From a virus (lineage: Duplodnaviria; Caudoviricetes): DNA of 64,000 bases. Shown piece by piece: positions 11,498 to 20,319 of the stretch. Numbering within the stretch: the stretch's first letter is position 1; each line of letters starts with the position of its first letter. A program made the position numbers and the translations under genes. The stretch lies in the IMG/VR virus record IMGVR_UViG_3300046167_000801; one strand, 5' to 3'. The notes beneath the pieces are model-generated. The model saw only the letters and a list, made by a program, of their open reading frames with translations, made no database searches and was not told where the DNA came from.

Positions 11498-14390
11498 ATG
11501 AACGAAATTATTTCCCAAGAGGTAATAGAAGAATTCCTCAACGGTTCGGACCCTGAAGAGTACATAACAGGATTAGAATATGAGTACCGAACAAACACAA
11601 TCTACAAAATTATTCAACACCCCGAAAAGGGTAAAATTATTAGAAAGGATAAGTTAACCGCATTCTTGTGGGTTGATGATCTTACTGGTTTAAATTTCTA
11701 TGGTGATAGTAAGGCCAAACAACGTCAGAAAATGTCGGAGTATGGAATCACTATTGAAAAGTTAGATACAGCCGATAATGAACGTTTAGAGAATGGTTAT
11801 AATTTCTTAGTTAAAAGTAGTCAAGGTTATCGTTCACTTCTTAGTTTTTTTAGACAAGGGGGTTTAAATCCGTGGGACGAAGAAATAAGAAAACATTTTA
11901 TACTACTTAACCCTAAAGAACAATATCTCATACAAAAAGAAAAAAGATTATTTAAGGGTATTGAAGAATATGAAGATGTACATAGATTAGTTTTTGATAT
12001 TGAAACAACAGGTCTTGAACCCGAAACAGATAAAATAATTCTAATTGGTTTAAAAGACAATAAAGGTTTTGTAAAGATTATTAATGCATTCGGTGAAGAT
12101 GGTGAAAAGAATTGTATAATCGAATTTTTCAAATGTGTTGAAGAACTTAAACCTACAATCTTCTCTGGTTATAACTCCGCATTTTTCGATTTTCCGTTTA
12201 TTATTAAAAGGGCCGAAATATTAGGAATAGATGTAGAAGAACATACTAAGGTTTTTATAGACCAAGGTATGAAAGAGAGGGAAGGTATGTTGAAACTTGC
12301 AAATGAAGTTGAGACCTACACCCAACATATGATTTGGGGAATGAATATTCTTGATATCGCCCATTCAGTTAGGAGAGCCCAAGCAATTAATTCTGACATT
12401 AAGTCTTGGGGGTTGAAATATATTACAAAGTATTTGGGAGCCGAGAAAGACAATCGTGTTTATGTTGATGGTGCGTGGATTTCTAAAATATACTTGGATA
12501 ATGAAAGTTATTATGTAAACCCAAAAACAGGTAACTATAAGAAAATAGGGTGATCCCGGTACTGAGGGATTATTAGAAAAGTATCCGAATCAATTTGAGG
12601 TATGGACAGGTAGAAAAATTGTTGAACAATATCTTGATGACGATTTATATGAAACTATGGTTGTTGATGATTCATTTAGTCAGTCAACATTCTTACTTTC
12701 TAAAGTTGTACCTACAACCTATGAACGTATATCTACTATGGGTACCGCAACATTATGGAAACTAATAATGTTAGCTTGGTCATATAAACACAATTTGGCC
12801 GTACCTGAAAAACAAGATAGGAGAGCGTTTACGGGTGGACTATCAAGATTACTCGCGGTGGGATACGCAGAAAAGGTGGTTAAGTTTGATTACTCCTCAC
12901 TATACCCTTCTATTCAATTAGTATATGATGTGTTTCCTAAATGTGATGTTATGGGAGTACAAAAATCCATGTTAAAATATTTTAGAGACGTACGTATTAA
13001 ATACAAAAAATTAGCGTCCGAACATTACAAAACAGATCCCGAACTATCGGAAAAATATAACAGGAAACAATTACCAATTAAGATATTCATTAATGCATAC
13101 TTTGGGTCTCTATCCGCACCTCACGTATTTCATTGGGGTGATATGGATACAGGAGAAACAATCACGTGTGTTGGTAGACAATGTTTACGTATGATGATAA
13201 TGTTCTTTGAAAAGAAAGGATATAAGTCACTTGTAATGGATACGGATGGTGTCAACTTCTCGTGTCCTGATGATGTTGATGACAGAGTTTATGTATCTAA
13301 GGGTCTTAATGAGTTAGTAGAGGGTGGTAAAACTTACAGAGGTGCTGAGGCAGACACTGCGGAATTTAATGATATTTTTATGAGGAATGAAATGGGATTA
13401 GACATTGATTATGTCGCACCTTCCACAGTTAATGTTGCTCGTAAAAACTATGTACTAAAAAAACCGAGTGGGGGTCTTAAATTAACGGGTAACACAATTA
13501 AGTCTAAGAACCTTCATGGTTACATTGTGGACTTCTTAGATGAAAGTTTGAAGTTAATGTTGGATGGTAAGGGACAAGAGTTTTTGGACGTATACTATAA
13601 ATATATTAGTAAGATCTATAATAAAGAAATTCCATTATCTAAGATCGCAAATAAATCGAGAGTAAAATTATCCGTAGATAACTACTTAAAGTCCATGAAA
13701 ACCAAAACTAAAAGTGGGGCATCTAAGGCAAGACAAGCACACATGGAATTGGTTATGAAGAACAATTATCCTGCAGGTCTTGGGGAAACAATATATTACG
13801 TTAATAATGGTGAACGTAAGGGTGATGGTGATGTTCAAAAAATTACTAAACCCACTAAGAAATTTCAAAAGGAATTCCTTGAAGAACATGGGTACCCTGT
13901 TCCCGAAAATTATATAAAAATTAACTCTTTCATGATTACTGAAAAGGAGTTAAAAGAAAATCCCGACATGAAGGGTGATTATAATGTTGCTCGTTATATT
14001 AATACATTTAACAAAAGAATAGAACCATTGTTAGTTGTATTTCATCCTGACATTCGTAATGATATTATTATTGATAACCCCGATGATAGACCTTTCTTTA
14101 CAATAAACCAATGTAAGTTGGTCAATGGGTTTCCGATGAAAGAAGGTAGTCAAGATAGTTTTGAAGAGGTTATGACATTATCCGATAGTGAAGTAATGTT
14201 TTGGAAGAAGGTTGGTAGGGATCCTTATTTTATGTATTTAGAAGATAGTCTTGAACACGTAGACCAATATTGGGTACAAAAGAATAGAGATGCTGTTAAT
14301 TTTAAAGTTCCAAGTAGTCCCTCCCAAGAAGGTGATTTAATTGAAAGAAATGGTCACGATTATGCGACACACACTGATGTAGATGTTTAA
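11498..14390 (+). CDS. Family B DNA polymerase with 3'-5' exonuclease (~963 aa), split by one extra G at 12548-12550
   Basis: ExoI FDIETTG, ExoII GYNSAFFDFPFI, ExoIII YLDDDLYET (in the segment between the two track ORFs), motif A DYSSLYPSI, motif B KIFINAYFG, motif C MDTDG. Removing one G from ataGGGtga restores KKIGDPGTEGLLEKYP. Confidence 0.9.
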
Positions 14391-15505
14391 ATCATATTAA
14401 AAGGAGATGGCATCGCTCTGTATTTTAACGATTTGTTGAGACTTTCGGCCTCATTTCCTTTTCTTTCCAACATTTTGTCAGGTCTTAACCTTTCCAATCT
14501 TTGTGATAACTCTTCGATAAGTTTTAGTTTCTCATCTTTACCTTCGGTTAATAGGGATTGGTAATCTAATTTAACTTGACTGTCAGGTACTTGTAGGTCA
14601 CCTGAAAATTTAGAATATACTCTTCCTAACCCTTCTTTAGAGTATGCAATAAGACATTTCCTAACCCATGTTTGTGCAGGTCTATTAAGTTCTTCCCACA
14701 CTAATTCTTCGGTCTCTATATCGGAAGGTAATTTTACAACATCTTTATTTTTATCTAAACAATCATCCCTGTCTGTAGTATCATAATACCAATACCAAAC
14801 ATAGTAGTTATGTTGTTGTATGGAACCAAAATCAAACCTACCACCAGGTACGTTAGCCAAGTGAATATATTTTTTACCTTCGGGTCCTGCAGTTATACGA
14901 TAAGTCATTTCACCACCAATTAGTCGGTTTTTAATGTTCCTATCTTGCATACGTGATAATAAATCATAAGCGGGTAACATAAAGTAAGAACCTGAAGTTC
15001 CCATTTGTGCAAAACCACCTACACCACCTGAACCTACACCACCAAGACCACCGAATCCACCTAAAAATGGATCCACAATAGAGTCAGTCAATTCTGCACG
15101 TGTAAACCATAACAGTTCGTTTATTTCACGACCCGCAGGAATTTCGTACACTTGTTGATTTCGAACAAGTTCTATTTTGTCTTTTAGTAATTCAGAATCA
15201 CCACCCGCCTGTAAACCGACAATTTTTGAATATGCGTGTGAGTATTGTGTTTCATAGTCTAATGATCTCGTAGTAAACGCTCTCGTCAAAGATTGCGTAT
15301 CCACATTTAACCCAGCTAAAGATGACCACTGAGATTCAATTAACCAATCACTTACATACTGTTCATATTCATCTAAGGATAATTCTAAGAAAGTATCCAT
15401 TTGTTCTTCGGTCAATTCTATAGACCTAATAGGTGCCCCTAAAAGGTTAAAAACTTGAGTATAAAGTTTGTCTCGATTTGCCGGTGTGATAATAGTGCTT
15501 GCCAT
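14387..15505 (-). CDS. Neck protein, T4 gp13-like
   Basis: N-terminal LLGAPIRSIELTEEQMD..LELSLDEY resembles gp13 RLGAPV.NVE..DDQ; late motif at 15520-15527 on the sense strand. Confidence 0.75.
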   Translation of the reverse strand: MASTIITPANRDKLYTQVFNLLGAPIRSIELTEEQMDTFLELSLDEYEQYVSDWLIESQWSSLAGLNVDTQSLTRAFTTRSLDYETQYSHAYSKIVGLQAGGDSELLKDKIELVRNQQVYEIPAGREINELLWFTRAELTDSIVDPFLGGFGGLGGVGSGGVGGFAQMGTSGSYFMLPAYDLLSRMQDRNIKNRLIGGEMTYRITAGPEGKKYIHLANVPGGRFDFGSIQQHNYYVWYWYYDTTDRDDCLDKNKDVVKLPSDIETEELVWEELNRPAQTWVRKCLIAYSKEGLGRVYSKFSGDLQVPDSQVKLDYQSLLTEGKDEKLKLIEELSQRLERLRPDKMLERKGNEAESLNKSLKYRAMPSPFNMI

Positions 15506-15558
15506 ACTTGATTTATTAATATAAATAGTTTATATTTAGGAAAAACAGAACAACAATT

Positions 15559-16395
15559 TTGGATTTAAATAAAATAAGACTCAAACATCGTAAAACACTT
15601 AACATATGGAGGTATATTTCTCAAACTTCCAAATTCAATAGAAAGTTTAGTAAAGAAATAACAAGAATTGTTAGAGAAACCCATTCAGGGGATGAGTTAA
15701 GATGGAGATCACCTATGGGTTCTGTTGGTGATGGTTACTACAATTACGATGAAGATACTAAATCATATAGTTTTAGAAGTGGGATTAATTTTATTAATAC
15801 GGGTTATTCTTATCAGGAGTATATTGAAAGGGTTTTAAATGAAAAATATGGTATTAAATTACCCTATGAAACTGATAATGAGGGTAAATATATTGATGAG
15901 ACTGTAGAAGAAACTTTGAAGGAGTTTTGTTATTACTTAGAACTTTATAAAGAGGATTTTCTTTTTGATGGTGATATAAAGAATCACATAGACCTTATAA
16001 GATATAGATTAAAAGTAATATCTGATCGTTCGGAAAAATTAATAGAAAATAATTTTAAGAACATATGGACCAATTCAATTAGTTACCTTTCGTCTACAGG
16101 AAATGGTGGTAATATAAAAGATTTTAAAGGTATTGATGCTGAGGTAATATTTGATCACGGGGTTGAAACTGTACAGTGTAAGGAAGTAAGTTTTATTGAG
16201 GAAAATGATAATACAATCAATATAACACTAACAATGGACAGTAAAAAATATTCAAATATCAATTACTACGCATTTACACAAGACAAGAATTATATTGTTT
16301 TTAAAAACGACTCAGAGGGTATAGAAATTTTAAGTTCTATGGAGGGTAATGTTTATTCTTTTAATAAGAACTTAATTATATGTTCTACGTTTTAA
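15559..16395 (+). CDS. Hypothetical protein, possible PD-(D/E)xK nuclease
   Basis: 278-aa ORF with TTG start; KDFKGIDA...ETVQCKE resembles the D...QxK variant of the restriction-endonuclease-like active site. Confidence 0.45.
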   Translation: MDLNKIRLKHRKTLNIWRYISQTSKFNRKFSKEITRIVRETHSGDELRWRSPMGSVGDGYYNYDEDTKSYSFRSGINFINTGYSYQEYIERVLNEKYGIKLPYETDNEGKYIDETVEETLKEFCYYLELYKEDFLFDGDIKNHIDLIRYRLKVISDRSEKLIENNFKNIWTNSISYLSSTGNGGNIKDFKGIDAEVIFDHGVETVQCKEVSFIEENDNTINITLTMDSKKYSNINYYAFTQDKNYIVFKNDSEGIEILSSMEGNVYSFNKNLIICSTF

Positions 16396-18139
16396 TATTT
16401 TTAACTAACTCACTACCAAAACTTTCAGAGTATTCACCATCACCCATTACCTGATCTATTATATCTTTCTTTTTCTGTAATATATTATAGATGGTCATTT
16501 CAATAGTATTTTCGAAAACGGGATAGTAGACAAGTACACTGTTCTTCTGTCCATACCTATACGCTCTGTCTTCTGCTTGTGAGTGGTCAGCAGGAACAAA
16601 CGATAAATCATTAAAGATAACCGTATCTGCGGCTGTTAAAGTTATACCAACTCCTGCCGCTTTTATATTACCAATGAATATCTTTACTTTATCTTCATTT
16701 TGAAATCTATCGACGGATTGTTGTCTCCTATCCTTTGACATCCTACCGTCTAACACCACCGCTTTCTTTCCATATTTCTCATAAATCATATCTAAAGACA
16801 TGGTAAAATTGGTAAAAACTATTACTTTTCTGCCCTGTTCTAAAACCTTGTCGATTAATTCACAAGTATGGTCTACTTTCTCTATTGCGATAAGTTGTCT
16901 TAATTTCATTAATCTATTAAGAGTAACCGTGAGACTCTCTTTCTTCCTATTTTCCTTACTTATCCTTAAGAACTCACTTAATTCATCATCATAAAATGAG
17001 TTTTTTAGTTCTAACCATATTGGGGAAATTATTTTTTCGGGTAGATCTAAAATATCAGTCTTCATTCTCCTTAAAACAACCGCCTTAGTTTGTTCTCTTA
17101 ATTCATCTAAATTACTTGCACCACTTGTATTCCATATTTTCCTACCACCAACTCTAAATTGGTAACCCTTACAATATCTTAAAACATAACTCTTCCAATT
17201 AAGTGTTAGAGGTGAGTTTACAATTTTTAATAAGTTGAAATAGTTGATTGGTCTTGAGGTCATGGGTGTGCCCGTGAGTAACCAAACCTTAGGTATTTTT
17301 GCAAGTATGTCATTTAACAGTTTTGTTCTCTGTGCCTGACTATTTGAGATGTAGTGTGCTTCGTCAACTATTGCTAAATCAAACCCTTCATTTAAAATTA
17401 TTTTATATGCGTCACTATCCTCGGTATTCTCTGTTGTGTGAAAGTTTTTAAGTATATCATAGTTTATGATGTAATATTTAAAAGTGGACCCCCACTTCTT
17501 ACCTTCAACAATTAATACATTTTCATCCGAATAGAGTTCTATTTCTCTCTTCCAATTGATTTTAAGGGATGCTGGACAAACTATTAATACCTTTTTAACA
17601 TCACTCTCCAAAGATGCAATAACTGTACTTGTAGTCTTCCCTAACCCCATATCGTCGGCAAGAATAAATTTATTGTTGGCCAATAATTTTTCTATTGCTA
17701 TTTTTTGGTGTTCCATTGGAGGTCTGTGAGAATATGGACTATAATCTACTTCACGGTCTAAGGTCTTCTCTTCTTGAATAACAGACGCTTTCGGTATCCA
17801 CATAGATATGGGTTTCATATCATTAGTTAAGTTCCCCCATATATTATATGCCTTATCACTCTCACATAGTAATTTCTCCACCCAAACTTGTTCGACGGGT
17901 TTCATAAGTAGTCTGTCTTCTTGTAGTTTAGTACCAAAGGACTTTGCAATTGATAGATACTTTCGAGCAACTTTAGGTACTACCTCATGATATTTTATGA
18001 CGTAGTCTGACTGTGGACGAGTTAAACTATAATTTTTCGATCTTTCGAATTTATGTTTTAGGTCCAATATATGGTTATTATAACCTGTATATCCTGTTAC
18101 AATCTCCCTTGCTTGTATTTCGGGTAATAACTTTCCCAT
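16385..18139 (-). CDS. SNF2-family (SF2) helicase/annealing ATPase
   Basis: ADDMGLGKT, DEAH, LLTGTP, AAGVGITL, QAEDRAYRYGQ. Confidence 0.9.
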   Translation of the reverse strand: MGKLLPEIQAREIVTGYTGYNNHILDLKHKFERSKNYSLTRPQSDYVIKYHEVVPKVARKYLSIAKSFGTKLQEDRLLMKPVEQVWVEKLLCESDKAYNIWGNLTNDMKPISMWIPKASVIQEEKTLDREVDYSPYSHRPPMEHQKIAIEKLLANNKFILADDMGLGKTTSTVIASLESDVKKVLIVCPASLKINWKREIELYSDENVLIVEGKKWGSTFKYYIINYDILKNFHTTENTEDSDAYKIILNEGFDLAIVDEAHYISNSQAQRTKLLNDILAKIPKVWLLTGTPMTSRPINYFNLLKIVNSPLTLNWKSYVLRYCKGYQFRVGGRKIWNTSGASNLDELREQTKAVVLRRMKTDILDLPEKIISPIWLELKNSFYDDELSEFLRISKENRKKESLTVTLNRLMKLRQLIAIEKVDHTCELIDKVLEQGRKVIVFTNFTMSLDMIYEKYGKKAVVLDGRMSKDRRQQSVDRFQNEDKVKIFIGNIKAAGVGITLTAADTVIFNDLSFVPADHSQAEDRAYRYGQKNSVLVYYPVFENTIEMTIYNILQKKKDIIDQVMGDGEYSESFGSELVKNIKT

Positions 18140-18190
18140 GTATAAACTAAATATAAGGAATTCAAATCAGTTTTTAAACTATTTATCTAT

Positions 18191-18703
18191 ATGAGTAAAA
18201 AATTACCAATTAAAAGAATGAGTAAATTCTTCTCTGAGGAAGACTTTGACTTTAATGTTCAAATAGGTCAGGAATATCTTCATGGGGATTTAAATATGAA
18301 ATTGGTACTCTACCGTGTTGATACTGAGAGTACAGATACTGATGCTGTATATGCTGAAGTCGGGAAAGATCAAATAAAGTTTTTCCCACCTATCGAGTTC
18401 AACGCATTAGTTAAAATAGAACCACCTAAAAATGAATCTTACAAACCCGGTTTAGTCCGTTATATAGAGCCTGGTAATATGACCGTATCTGTTTACATAA
18501 GTCATTTACAAGATTTAGGGGTTGACATAAAATACGGAGATTTTATTGCATATCCTGAAACAGAAGATAAAGTTAGATATTATACAGTTTCAAATGACGG
18601 TAAAGTAACATCTGACAATAGACATAATATGTTTGGGTTTAAACCACATTACAGAACAATAACATGTGTACCAGCACAAGAATCGGAATTTAGAGGAATT
18701 TAA
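18191..18703 (+). CDS. Neck/head-closure protein, T4 gp14-like
   Basis: Size, synteny between gp13-like and gp15-like genes, and the pattern ..VYISHLQDLGVDIKYGDFI..YYTV. Confidence 0.55.
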   Translation: MSKKLPIKRMSKFFSEEDFDFNVQIGQEYLHGDLNMKLVLYRVDTESTDTDAVYAEVGKDQIKFFPPIEFNALVKIEPPKNESYKPGLVRYIEPGNMTVSVYISHLQDLGVDIKYGDFIAYPETEDKVRYYTVSNDGKVTSDNRHNMFGFKPHYRTITCVPAQESEFRGI

Positions 18704-18705
18704 TA

Positions 18706-19938
18706 ATGGCAATACCAAAAAGAAAAAATAACATAAAGGTTTATCAAGGTAATGAGTTAATGGGTAGGCGACAGGAATTACTCGATAAGATCACTCAAGG
18801 TGATTCCTATCTTCCTGATTCGGTATTACATGATGATTTGGACTTGGGTATGTTAGATTTTGTTAAAAAGAATTTTGTAGTCGTTTCGGACGGTGTACAA
18901 ATTCCCATCATACCTAAAATTTTGACACTTCAAAGATGGGGTGAGTTTACAAACACGTGGAATTTTTCAGATTTAGATGGTAATCCGTCTCTACCTTTTA
19001 TAAGTGTCATAAGGAAACCAGATGTACAACTTGGTACTAATCCGAGTTTACAGAGAACTATACCTGATCGACAACAATTTCACTACGCCACAGTACCGAC
19101 ATGGAATGGTACTCAGGTAGGTGCTGACATATATAAGATACCTCAACCTGTCCCTATTGATATAAGTTACGATATTACTATTGTTTGTACAAAATTCAGA
19201 GATTTAAATAAGTTTAATCAAATAATATTACAGAAGTTTACTTCAAGACAGGCATATACCACGGTAAAAGGACATTATGTCCCAATAGTGTTAGATAATA
19301 TAGAAGACAACACACCCGTGAATTTAGAAACAAGAAGATTCTACGTCCAAAACTATAAGTTCACTTTATTAGGTTTTATTATAGACGATGAAGAATTTGA
19401 AGTGAAACCCGCAGTTAGTAGATTATTTTTAATGAATGAGTTTATTAAAAGTAATAATTTTGAGAAAAAATATTTAACTAAGAATTTAGAGATTACTGTC
19501 GCTAATTTCACTGCTGATGGAGTACAAACAATCTTTAGTGTGGGTGAAACGATAGGTATACTTTTTAATACCACCATTAATGGATTACTACAAGAAAGGG
19601 GTGTTGAATTTAATCATGTTTCTTTAACTTCTAAAATAAGTTTTGTTGAACCTCCGAGAGAAGGGTCCAAAGTAACAATTACTTATTACAAAGGTAGGTC
19701 AAGTGTTTTTGTCGATTCCGACGGGAATGTTAGACAGGTATCTACAGAATATTTTGACTACTCAGGAGGTGGTCTTTCATTTACTACAGTAAACAATATA
19801 GATAGTGTTATTAGTTTAGATTTAAACGGTCTATTATTAGAAGAAGGTAGTGATTTCGATATTACGGGTGGTACTGAAGTAACACTAAATGGAACTCCTC
19901 GAATTGGTTCAAGAATAGGTATTACTTATTTATTTTAA
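18706..19938 (+). CDS. Tail terminator, T4 gp15-like, with duplicated C-terminal beta module
   Basis: SLPFISVIR..PQPVPIDISYDITI..QKFTSRQAY..YKFTLLGFI matches the gp15-like fold; two ~65-aa repeats at the C-terminus. Confidence 0.65.
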   Translation: MAIPKRKNNIKVYQGNELMGRRQELLDKITQGDSYLPDSVLHDDLDLGMLDFVKKNFVVVSDGVQIPIIPKILTLQRWGEFTNTWNFSDLDGNPSLPFISVIRKPDVQLGTNPSLQRTIPDRQQFHYATVPTWNGTQVGADIYKIPQPVPIDISYDITIVCTKFRDLNKFNQIILQKFTSRQAYTTVKGHYVPIVLDNIEDNTPVNLETRRFYVQNYKFTLLGFIIDDEEFEVKPAVSRLFLMNEFIKSNNFEKKYLTKNLEITVANFTADGVQTIFSVGETIGILFNTTINGLLQERGVEFNHVSLTSKISFVEPPREGSKVTITYYKGRSSVFVDSDGNVRQVSTEYFDYSGGGLSFTTVNNIDSVISLDLNGLLLEEGSDFDITGGTEVTLNGTPRIGSRIGITYLF

Positions 19939-20041
19939 CCCACTGGGTTTTTTGGGTTTTTATTTTAACCCACTGGGTTTATATTTTAATTGGCACAAAC
20001 CCGCCACACATACATGATATGTATTTTAATTGGCAGAAACC
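19931..20041. repeat. Two pairs of 20-nt direct repeats, the first pair palindromic
   Basis: tattttaacccactgggttt at 19931 and 19961 (contains AACCCA-C-TGGGTT); tattttaattggca(c/g)aaacc at 19982 and 20022. Confidence 0.9.
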
Positions 20042-20199
20042 TATTCACCGTATAAACCTCTTTTTCGATCCACACAATTGGTTTCTATCCACTTTTCCAC
20101 AACTTTATAAATTTTAAAACCATTATCATCACAATACTTTTTTAAGATATCATGGTGTTTTTGACTTATTTTGATGTTTTTGGGGGTTTTGTCGCTCAT
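20041..20199 (-). CDS. Small ribbon-helix-helix-like DNA-binding protein (52 aa)
   Basis: Not in ORF track: MSDKTPKNIKISQKHHDILKKYCDDNGFKIYKVVEKWIETNCVDRKRGLYGE. Shows the RHH strand-helix-G-helix pattern and has TATTTAT 5 nt upstream on its own strand. Confidence 0.65.
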   Translation of the reverse strand: MSDKTPKNIKISQKHHDILKKYCDDNGFKIYKVVEKWIETNCVDRKRGLYGE

Positions 20200-20319
20200 A
20201 AAGATAAATATAGATAAAAAAATATCTTTAAATATCCCAAAATAGAAAACTTGGGAACTCTTTACTAAAAACTAAGATATTTATAGTAAACAATAAAAAT
20301 TTATAATTAAAGTTAATCG

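Noticed and set aside
12548-12660. Stop-codon reassignment (TGA read-through), or an intein or intron in the polymerase
   Set aside because: In-frame read-through gives S-R-Y-stop. The missing ExoIII sequence is in the +1 frame with no intervening sequence. TAA, TAG and TGA all terminate other genes normally.
19931-20041. Mini CRISPR array
   Set aside because: The repeats form two different pairs with spacers of 1-20 nt, and no cas genes are present in the window.
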